A stretch of 64,000 bases of DNA from positions 62,001 through 126,000 of the forward strand of contig JAHLTZ010000006.1 in NCBI GenBank assembly GCA_025786725.1, read 5' to 3'. Both the position numbers and the translations under genes were made by a program. Shown here piece by piece: positions 12,856 through 23,781 of this stretch (within the stretch, counting starts at the first letter, position 1; each line of letters starts with the position of its first letter). The DNA comes from Syncephalis fuscata S228 (Eukaryota; Fungi; Zoopagomycota). The notes below the pieces were generated by a model that was given only the letters and a program-made list of their open reading frames with translations, was not told where the DNA came from and did no database searches.

Positions 12856-14112
12856 TTAGTTTGATGAGCTGCAAATAAGTTCCAAAATAACATCGTTGTA
12901 TTCGTCCGGCTTTTCTGCATTAATGCAATGGCCGCAGCCTTTAAACACTTTTAATGGTGCTTGCAAGACTTTGGCAAGATATTCGGAATTGGAAGGTGCA
13001 ACAAGACAGTCTATATCTCCAGTACAAACAAGCACTTTTAGATTGCTATCTCGGATCTTGATAAGTTTCTCCTCGGTCATGTAGGGAATGACAACAGCCT
13101 TGAGCTGTGCTTGGTAACCTTTGTTTATCATAGCATAGCTATTGGGATTGATTGATAGCACCATCTTAATAAATATTATATTAAACGTTAATATTAAAAC
13201 TAGCAAACAGTATTGCATATTATACCTCTAGTAAAGATTCTCGATTAGTTTTGGTAGAATCTATTTTCGACGGAGAATCTAGCCATTTCTAAATCTAATT
13301 AGCATCGATTGGTTGCTTTTGTATTAAAGCACTAATAGCTTACAACAGGGTAAAAAAGCTCTTGAGTTTCCTTGAAACGTGTTACTGGATCTAGCTGTGC
13401 TATATTTCCCAAACGTTTCTTTGAGTCCAAATCCTGAATATATTGAATCAACACAGTCTATACAAAGCAGCAAATCACCGACATTTTATGTCTACTCTAA
13501 CTTACCTTTGGACCTTTAGTAGTGCAAAAAGGCTTGTCAGGCACACGGACTTGAAGTACTGTGGATATTCGCTGGCCAATCCTTGTGAAATTAGTCCACC
13601 CATACTGGTTCCAATAAGATGTACGTCAGATGTCCATCCTAGATGATTAAGTAACTCAATAACGTCCATTACCATGTCATTAATACTATATTGTAAATAA
13701 AGAGTAATTTTTATTTTCAATATCTATACAGTATTTACGCATAAGGTTCATCAGGAACATCTAATAATTTGAAAAAAATCAGCCTATTTAATTTGATTAC
13801 TTGTACAAACCACCTACCAGAGCTGCCTGCGCCACGATTGTCAAATATACACACTTGAACATTGTGCTGTGACAAAAAATGTGCTTGCGGTAACCATGAT
13901 TTACCGATAAAACCTAGACCTGTTGCTTTTAATTAATGAATGTTGATTATTGTTGCTTTGCTTATCGTAAATAGCATCATTAAAGCCATACCCATGATAA
14001 AAATTGCCCGCTTTGTCCCAGTACCATATACTTCATATGATATATTCAATGGTCGAGCGCCACGATTGGCAGCCACTTGACAAACGCCCTGAGTGACGGT
14101 AGGAAGTGTCAT
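12856..14112 (-). CDS. Alpha/beta-fold hydrolase, multi-exon
   Basis: Nucleophile elbow HLIGTSMGG, FDNRG motif (~13835-13850), acid residue in TGDID, catalytic His in GCGHCI; GT-AG introns join the ORF fragments. Confidence 0.88.
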
Positions 14113-14766
14113 AACGATAAATAAAACTTGAGTAGAATATAGGGACAAATTATGGCAGTGTATATTGGATAGTATAAAATAATGGAATTGTTTAAATGAC
14201 GTATTATATTTAGTTTACTATCTCGCTATTTAAATGTTATCATGGCAAGCTACTAGTCATAAGCCTTTGAAGATATACGTCACCTTTATATCTGTAGTAC
14301 GCAAATAACATTTTTCAATAAAATATTGGCTTTTATTCTATTATTATTATATTTTCATGGTTGCGTGGTTTTATTTACAATATCATAGCAAGTTTAGCCA
14401 TATTACAACTTTTCACAAATCGCATGCAGCAAGCACTTAAATCAAAAGTCAACATCTGATTGAAGTCCCAAACATATTTTATCATTGTCGGTATCTACTT
14501 TTCTGCTATACATATGCTAAATGTAGATCCATCATTATAGCACGTAATCTCAGTATAGTGGCTAATATGTTAAAAGTTATTTTTACTTATATCATTATAA
14601 TAATATAGCTATAACATCGGTATGGTAACAAGACAATTCGTTTGTATATGCATAAGCTTGTTATTTACATATAAATTTATAGCATGGCATATTATAATCC
14701 AGTTAAAATAAATGCTTAAACTATGAGTAAAATAGTCAAAAAGTAAAAAAATAAACAAAATAGTAA

Positions 14767-16048
14767 TTAACGAATTAAACGAAGAATTAACAATGTAGCT
14801 GCAATACCGGCTGCAAATCCTTGGGCAACAAAGATTAATGAAGATGGCCCGTCGTTGGGAACTTGTCGTTTTGTAGATTTCTTACCAATAAATAAACGAT
14901 TGGCGTGATCTACTCCTTTACTGAAAAATGATGATGTTTGATTTGTATCTGTTACATTGGACCTATCAGCAAATACATATTCTTCGCTTGCTTCGGCTAT
15001 CGGCTCTTGTACTGTGTTATGTCGATGTTCAAGTGCATACTCCAAACGCGCAATACGTTTAGCCATTGACAAGCCACGACTATTATGCTCCTTTAATGCC
15101 AGCTCTGCCTTATCCTGGCTGACTGCCACTCTACGAAGCAACTCTAGCTGATGTGTAAACTGATCCTCAATATAGGCTGCAAGACTTAGATCGCCATCTT
15201 CTTGTAGCTGCAACCTACGGCGATGCTGGCGCTCTTTAACCAGCCCTAGAGTTGTTATGATACGGTGGCACCACTGTGTATTTACACCTGATCGTCGTAG
15301 GTCAAGTTCGGACATTTTTGTTAGTTGGGCGCCATCTAGCTTTTGCTCTTCAATGAAATTAGCCGTTTCACGCGAGAGGTCAATTGGCAACGATAGAGTA
15401 ACTCTAAAAAAGTCGGCTACATCGGCATAGCCCCACTGCGCCACGGGAATTGAAGAAAGATACTCAATTTCAGCCGGTAAAATTCCACTTGCTACCGTGG
15501 CAGCATTGCTAGCTGTCTCGCCGCCACCACATACATTGTTCAAGCCTGAAGAGGTACGAGAAAGTGCAGGCGATGAGCGAATGGATAACGGATCATAAGA
15601 CCGATCAGATGCTGGTGTTGGTGGCAGTACCACATCAATCGTGGACATTGAATTGGTATTGCCAATGGATCCGGCTGATGAAGCAGTATTAATTGTTACA
15701 TTGCTGCTTTCTTTGAGCGATAGGGACGAAGTTGTACCCCATTACTTAATAAATCATTCGTTTCATTACTTGTCTCTAAAATAGGCGATGTTTGGCTTTC
15801 GAAAGAAGTCGATGTCAGTGGAGCTGATTTTGGCGGATATGGCAATGTTGATGAACGCCAATTGCCTTTGGCCAAAGATCCACACTTGGATGATTCTGCT
15901 GCTGCTGCGGATGCTGCTGCTCAAATGAAGAGGCAAGAGTAGCTACTGAGATACTTAGGGAAGAAGAGCGGTTTAGTTTGCAATTTTGCTCGGACGAAAG
16001 CGACGTCCTTGCAGAAATATCACCATTACTTGATGTGATACTTGTCAT
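14767..16048 (-). CDS. SAM-like-domain protein with Ser-rich N-terminus, coiled coil and C-terminal TM anchor; two apparent 1-bp deletions (~15890, ~15738)
   Basis: ORF 14767..15648 has a SAM-like segment (WGYADVADFF...EQKLDGAQL..MSELDL). Restoring one C in each of two C runs gives one open frame from ATG 16048. Hydrophobic tail FVAQGFAAGIAATLLILRLIR. Confidence 0.65.
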
Positions 16049-17210
16049 AATATACACAATAACAAAAATTCAATATTATTTCGTTGAAAGGACTCGGAAA
16101 AGCGAAGTAAGTAAAAGCGAATGAAAAGAGATACCAAAATAACTGCTATATTGGCAAAAGGCTGTTTTTGGAATCAAACGTCATTATGCCATATGTGATG
16201 GCCACATGACCAAGTCGGTGCTCTGTATTACAGCTCCGAATGGTATTGCCATAAATAGAATATTGGCAATTTAAATTATTGTCACAATGTTAGCGCATAC
16301 TTATGGTGTTCCCATTCTGCAACACAACGTCTTAGAGGCAGCCATGTTTTATTCTTTGTTTTTTATAACTTTAATAAAAAACAATGTTTAATATCAGCTT
16401 TAAACAAACAAAATGCCAATTTAATCAATTATCACCTGTAGTGTTATCAGTAATAATAAAGACAATAAACGTATTGTCACCGATAGTGTATTTATTTGAC
16501 TAAGTGGAGTTATGTTGGTAAACACTGTTTAGAGCATTGTTAAATCAAAGTTTATTTGCTATTTTACTACCTAAATTAGTAATTGCTATATATTTTATTT
16601 CAGTATAATGATTAGAATTATTTCAATTAGAATATATTGTTCCAACTTACTGGCAACAGATTTGACTGAATTTACTTAATATTTCAGTACTTGTGAATAA
16701 AAAACTACTTTATTTAATTAATTAATATATATATATATATAGACAGTGCAAATCAAGTAAGTAAATGATATACTGCAATTATCAAAAATTCTACTATTGA
16801 TACGTATATACTTATGATTTACGTTCAAATGGCTATAAAACATAGTAGTGGTAGATTGATTGATATTATGGCTATTTAATAAATCAAAAAGATAACCTAA
16901 ATCTTACAGCAATTTTAAAAAGTGGATTAATGAGCAAAATGAATCAAGTTCGATAAAAAAGCAGTTAGCAATAAACAAGTAAACTTCTACTATTGACCAG
17001 TAGACGATAGAATGGAGTATATTAGAGCGAATATACAATGAAAAGAATATATTTATATAGAACAATAATGATTATAGATTACTATCATACAATATAAATT
17101 TAAACAATCATCAAATGTAGTATTATCATTAGCAATAGAGACAATGAAATAACATGCCATTAACGTTTATTTAGCACGTTTATATTCATAATCGTTACCA
17201 TCCTTTTGCT

Positions 17211-20115
17211 TCAAATACGGCAAGGTGTCAGCCATTGATTAGCCTTGATAAATTGTTGATACACATTATTATCAATGGCATTCTCGGTCTTTAGAATTTT
17301 AATAGCCGCCATCAACTATGATCAGACACCGAGGTTAATCAAGAGTATACGCCATCAATGTCATCCATAACGCTTACCTGATCCCAGAACCGGAAACCAC
17401 GCTGTAGTTCCTCCTTAACATCTTTACAACCCGTAAACGTCTCCTCAACGTGACGTAAAGCCTCTTCAACTGCTGTACTGGCCGTGGTGCCCGAAGGCTT
17501 TGACTTGATTTGTTCAAGGTACACTTTAACCAAAATGCCCAGGCCAGTATTCGTATCTGTTCCAAATGGTAAACTATACCATACAAAATGGAAAACAAGT
17601 AAGTACGTAGAACTAATAATGTTGGCCAGTTATTACCTTAGATTGAGTTCGACAAAATCACCTCTATTTCTTTCGACTTGGCCTGTGATAAAACTACTTA
17701 GTAAAACAGCCTCACAAAGTGTACGTAACGATCGGCCAAGAGCTTTGGAAAAACTGTTAAATGCCAACAATTCACGGCTCAATGGACCTGACCATGGTAT
17801 AGCCTGCACAGTAATACATATTAAATAAATATGCTATTTCATTAGCTAATTGCACTGCAGTGCTTTACCTGATGCGATATTTGAACAAGCGTAAAAGCTC
17901 GTGAAATTAACAGAATAGGCGATTTGTCTTTATCTAGTTCATTATAGTATTAGTGTCATTAGTAATAGTAAACAATTGAATATGTATATATACTTCTATC
18001 GTTGCTTACCTGCCACAGCCGTATTAGCACCTCCATATGTTCTGCTGAATGGATTGCCATGTAATATACCAAAACGCAATAATTCAATGGCCAAAAACAA
18101 TTCTGACTGATGCGTGTAGGCAGCAGTCTTTGGTTTGGCCGATAACGAACATGCCTGTAGTAGAGCTCGTCCATAAATACTATGGGTATGTTTAGCCGTC
18201 AAAAATCTATCATTTGTATAGTTGCATATCAATAACAGTCCTATTTCATTATAACCATAATACTAACTCGCGATGCTCCAAAGTCCGGAATAGTGTATCG
18301 GCAATAATCTCGTTTTTGGTTTCCATTGGCTACACCTTTGGTATTAGTCAAGCACTATTTTAATTCTACATTATAATACCTTATCTGCAGGCCGCTTTCC
18401 GACTGTTTTTGATATCTGAGCACTTGAGGAAAGCGCTTTAAGACAGAATAGAATGTTGATATCGGCCGTCTAATCGTATTGTAAGCTATACTGTGGTAGC
18501 TACTATGATCCATTTTTATTTACAAATGCCAACTTACACGCTGTTTTTTAAGTTCCTCATCTATCCACGCTCCCGTTACACACCAATCACTCCACGACGA
18601 TGGATTATCGCTGGTATGATCAAGAGGCCGGTCTACATTCGGTTCAAACCAAGTGGTACACGTCTAACGATGGCAATCGTAAATCTATTCATCAGCCAGC
18701 TTAAAACTCAATAACTTACAACTACACGATTTTTATAAAATTCATGAAGATGCGACGTAACCAAAGAAAGTGTACGTGTACGTAAAGGTGCAAGGTCATC
18801 AATAAACTTGTGATATTCATTTGATTCTCCATTGCATAATGGTGCTTGCTCAACTAGCTGCCCGCTAACTAGTGTATTGAATATCTATCGATAAAGATAA
18901 ATGGGTCGTTATGACATAGTTTCTGTATCAATAAACTCACTTGTGGTGCAACGAGTCCCTGCGTTAAATAGTTGTAGATTTCATCAGGTAGACGTGGACC
19001 CATAAATTCATGAATATCGCTATCATATACAATCGTAGGTCATTTAATTGTTCGTTTAATTATTCAATTAATAGTTTACCTTGGCACTTGATCCGTTATT
19101 AAAGGCTGTACTGTACCATCAGTAGTCATAACCAAATGATGACGCATAGCACTCTTTACACGACAAAATATATCTTCGTATCGAACCTTAATCACCTCGG
19201 GATGCTGAGCAAACAAGTGCACAGCACTATATCCAGAACGGTATTGACGTACCATGTCATAGACCATTTTGAAATTAAAACTAATTGGATCTACAGTCAG
19301 TACAGGGAATGTCGAGCAATAATCACAGCCAGCAAGAATACACGCGTCAAGAAACTGGTCATCTGTCAATTGTAGATCGTGTAGCATGGCCCGTTTAGAT
19401 ATCCATGCGAATGATCCCTTTTCTAAATCGACAGATGTAATAACTCGATCGACATCAAACATCAGTAATTCGGTAGCACCGAATATCGCATGGATTGGTT
19501 GATCAGGATGTTTTTCCAGATATACCAGCTATTATTGCCAGTATTAATATATTGATTAATTGATTAAATACTGCATTACTTACTTGTGCCCAACTAGAGT
19601 ATGGTGCACGCATGAATTCCACGCCATTTTCTTGCAAAACTTTAATAGCTACATTGATTAGTTCAACTGGAGCAATACCACCACTAGCACTCCAGCCGCT
19701 GTTAGCCTGCTCTACACGGCCTCTATCGTAAGCATCCCACGCTGATGCACGCTTTGCCGGTCGCAGATCTTCGGTGGAGAAAGCACGCTCTTTACGAGGA
19801 ATAGTAATTCCGTGAAATACAAAGAATGGATGAATTTCATGCGCACGGAAAAGATTAAGTTCCTTTTCAAGGGCGGTCCGCAGTCCGTTGGGACTGCCAC
19901 TCATAGCCACTGCAGCCGGCTCTTTTGTTGTCTGCTGTAATACACGACGCAGCCAGTAATTGCCATCAATGCCCAGCCGAGTGTCACGCAGTAGATGAAG
20001 CGGCGATGTTTGCACCAGACGGCGCTCGGCCATAAAATCTAGATGCGCGTCATTAGAACACTCGTGCTAACTCTAACCAGTCATTATACATACAGTCAAG
20101 CTGGCGGACTGGCAT
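17211..20115 (-). CDS. MKT1: Mkt1 post-transcriptional regulator (XPG/PIN-like N-terminal domain), multi-exon
   Basis: MPVRQLD|YFMAERR..LGIDGNYWL, PFFVFHG, EFMRAPYSSWAQ, FLDACILAGCDY, C-terminal ELQRGFRFWD. Last exon ends at TGA 17211-17213. Confidence 0.88.
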
Positions 20116-20346
20116 GGCGTGCGAATGAAGCTAATATACACCAGGAGAAGCAATACGCTTAGATAGGTTAGGTTATACGGTGTATGATGTAGGGGAACGC
20201 GACAATAAAGAGATGAGGTGTGTAGAAATATACTTCAGTGGATGTTTATTACTGTCATAGAATAATAAACATTAACTAATTACTTTATACACCTAATACA
20301 TCCTCGTTAAATTGTTGGTTTTTTTTCTATTTTACACGCCAATACT

Positions 20347-21467
20347 ATGTCTCAACTAACGCTACTGGCAAGACGAGCAGCGATCTGTAGTAGGCCAAAT
20401 AGTATCTACACCAGTCATATACGAATAAAAAACAGCCTATGGTCATCGTGGCAATTGACACCACCAACACACACAACACTCGTTTATGGATATGCAAATC
20501 CAGTTATTAAATCAACATCTTGCAACATTATTAATAGAACGTATACTACGTTAAATATTCGACAACATCTATCTAATAGAATACTGGCACTTCAGCATAG
20601 TAAACAATCGTCGTTAGGATATTTTATTTCAACATCAAAGCAGTTGGGTCGTCGTAACTATACTCGCTATGCTTCGTCACATCATCGAAATCTATCCCAT
20701 CTAGTAACGCCAGCCTTGATTTCGTTAAACATAATTATCTACGCAACGTGGGTCTACGCCAAGTGGGACCAAGAAGCACATCCGAACTCGCGCTCAACAC
20801 TTATGAAATTTATGCAACAAAACTTTCTTTGTAGTTCAAACTATGTATTACAAGATAATCGTTGGTGGACACTATTAACAGCTAGCTTTAGCCATAGCGA
20901 GCTATGGCATATGGGCCTCAATATGTTTGCTCTTCATAGTCTTGGTTCATCGGTAAGTAGATCCACGATATAATCAATAGCCCTATCTTACAGTACCATT
21001 CTACCAGCTGGCAACAGTTATAGGTACTCGACGCTTTTTGGCCATTTACCTGATCAGCGGCATTACTGGCTCGTTGACTAGTATTATGTATAATCGCTGG
21101 CGAGAAAACCAAATAGTAGCAAAGTCCCATCTGCCTAGATCGTTATTGCCAATGAATGCTACCCATGGCGCGTCAGGTTAGTATTGTTTGTTTGTAATGG
21201 TATTCATCTAACAATGCCCGTTTAATAGCAAGCATATTAGGCGTGGCGACTGTGTATACACTACTATTTCCAAGTACTCGATTTCTATTGTTTTTCGTAA
21301 TACCTATGCCTGGATGGCTAATGATGACGGCGTTAGTGGGATGGGATGGATTCAGTTTGCTCTCTAATAAGCCTAGCGTATTCGATCATGCGGGTCATTT
21401 AGGCGGTGTGGCCGGCGGACTAGGCACTACTGCTCTGTTAATGACTCGTCTATTCGCACGACGATGA
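20347..21467 (+). CDS. Rhomboid intramembrane serine protease, probably mitochondrial PARL/Pcp1-like, 3 exons
   Basis: Arg/Ser-rich presequence-like N-terminus, RWWTLLTASFSH..HMGLNM, catalytic Ser in HGASA (across an intron), catalytic His in DHAGHLGG. Confidence 0.88.
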
Positions 21468-21488
21468 AAACAATTAAAATAAACAACA

Positions 21489-22437
21489 CTATATTTTATT
21501 TTTATTGTGCAACTGAAGATGAGCTCGCAAGCTAGGCATATTGTTTAATTGGCAACGACATTGGTGACAACACAACTGTTTACTAAGCCATGGCTTTGCC
21601 TGATCCAACTCAACCATCTTTACAACAGTGTTGTTAATAACACGGTTAAACATCACATAATGGCTTACTTTAATTTCACCGTCATTTTTTAATAAATCTA
21701 ACATTCGACGAGCCGGCAAAAAGAACTCGGTTGTAAATGAATTGTAATGGATTTTCTTCTTTAAAGAAGGACTACAAAAGTCTTGGCTAATCACATGCAT
21801 ATGAAGTGGTCTAATTACGCTATAAATATACTAGAAATAAACAGTATTTATTGTATACACTACCTTAGACTTGGTATAGCATGAAATCCCATGCGATAAC
21901 ACATTGAACCATAACGTGCTGCGTCATTAGCTCCAGTAGAGGCATGGTCTGCGTCCATATCGTAGGCATGTTCACCAATGGCAGCTTCAGCTATAATGCG
22001 GCCACGCTCCATCATATGCGACAATAGCGCTAAATGCTCTTGTTTCAATTCCGCTAATGTACCTAACGGTTGTCGCGGCATTACTAGCCAATGATGACAA
22101 GACTATAAAATATAAATGTACCAATCTATGCAAGCACTTGACTAAATCGCATTTACCTTAGGATAACAGTCCTTTATTACAACCAGCTCGTCATCCCACC
22201 AGCAGGCCTGCTCAGGAAATCGCTGAGGATCACGACAAAAGGGTAGTAATGCATCACGCCACGACATCGCTTTCTTTGCTTTGCCAACAACAAAAGCCGA
22301 TGCTTTTGAAGATCCAAAAGAATCTCGACTTTCTGTGGCTAATCGTTTCGACGCATTCATTAATTCATCAACTGCAGTCAATTAATTAATAAACCATTAC
22401 ACAAATGCACTGTAAACTCACACGCTGTACGCTTCAT
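21489..22437 (-). CDS. APTX: Aprataxin (HIT-family DNA 5'-adenylate hydrolase with C2H2 zinc finger)
   Basis: IKDCYPK, GFHAIPSLR|PLHMHVISQDF..SLKKKIHYNSF, C-terminal CHQC...HLQLH. Spliced start MKRTA|FDELM. Confidence 0.9.
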
Positions 22438-22513
22438 GTCAGAATCTCAGTACTAAAAGTTAAAAAAATATCAAATTACGTCTAGTACATGCAAAAATAA
22501 AGGTTTGCGCAGC

Positions 22514-22520
22514 AAAAAAA
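22514..22520 (-). terminator. RNA polymerase III oligo-dT terminator (T7)
   Basis: Seven T on the minus strand directly after the tRNA-Lys acceptor stem. Confidence 0.8.
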
Positions 22521-22592
22521 GCCCAATGCGGGGGTCGAACCCGCAACCTTGAGATTAAGAGTCTCACGCTCTACCGATTGAGCTAACCGGGC
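22520..22592 (-). tRNA. tRNA-Lys, anticodon CTT, intronless
   Basis: GCCCGGTTAGCTCAATCGGTAGAGCGTGAGACT-CTT-AATCTCAAGGTTGCGGGTTCGACCCCCGCATTGGGC forms a full cloverleaf with A and B boxes. Confidence 0.97.
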
Positions 22593-22600
22593 TATTGGGT

Positions 22601-22718
22601 AACTACATTACTTCTCATTCCCGCGTGGTCCCCCACCGCAGTACTACAGAAGCGCGGCCTAACTTAACTTCGGAGATCGGACGGGATCCGGTGCTTTCTA
22701 GGCGCAATGAACGTAGTT
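22601..22718 (-). rRNA. 5S rRNA, 118 nt
   Basis: Conserved core GCACCGGATCCCGTCCGATCTCCGAAGTTAAG and TAGTACTGCGGTGGGGGACCACGCGGGAA. Helix I AACTACG/TGTAGTT, helix II GCGCCTAG/TTAGGCCGC and GCTTCT/AGAAGT all pair. Confidence 0.93.
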
Positions 22719-23781
22719 GAAGTGGAAGCAGTTTTTTGCAGGTCGTTCGTAATTTCTTTTACGTAAAAGCCTACCATTATCATGGTATTTGGCTACACAT
22801 ACGTCATAGGATTGCATCGTATACAAAAGCAAACGCATACACGCAATAATAGCAACAGTTATAAACATAGTGCTATCGATAAGCATATATATAATAATGA
22901 TGACAGTATATGCATGTAATCTATTAGTATAGTTATTACTATCATCAGCATAATACAATAAACGAATTATATCAATGAATAACAACAAGAGCATTTATGA
23001 GTAGTACGGTGCAATGTATATGCAGTTATAGAATACGATTACTATTCAATAGTAAAAGTATATATACACATATATTGTGCATATATGCGTACTGCTATTC
23101 AATAGCTATAGCAGATGACAAGGTAATACAGTGCATTAAACGATAAGCATAAGCAACAATAAGAATGCATATAGAGTAGATGACTAGCATACATACAGGC
23201 TGTGTACTATAGTCAATAGCAACAAAGCAAACACGATAATACGAAAGAAAGATAAATAGACTTAGACGTGACGTGCATATAGTATGCCTACTTACCATCA
23301 TAATTACCTGTGAAAGTGATGAACAAAGAATACAGATGGCAAGTACAGTAAGGAATAGAAAGAAAGAGCGCGATAGGTGACGTGATGGAAAGGAATAAGT
23401 GTGATGCATATAGGCTGTGCTAAATGGTGTGTGACTATTGTAAAATAATAAAACGAATAAGTAATAGGAAAAGTATGAATAGTAATGCCGAAGCTATAGT
23501 GCATATAGTCTGATGAGCGACATAGGTTAAATGAGTCGAGTGTTACTAGTAGTCAAACTAGCGTTAGACAAATAGCAGTTCTGAATAGCGTGTAGCCATT
23601 GTAGAACAAAGCGATATATAAAAGAATGAATATAGAGTGAAAGGAGTCTGAATAGCGATGTTAAAGTTATAGTGCATACAATGCAATGAAGAGAATGACT
23701 GAAGTATACTGATACATATAAACAATAGAATGTGTCTAATATATCATATATTAATAACATCTTAATGTAAAGCAAATGACC

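Noticed and set aside
21790-21870. Aprataxin HIT motif lacking its first His (RPLHMH)
   Set aside because: The first position varies among fungal aprataxins and the other two His are intact.
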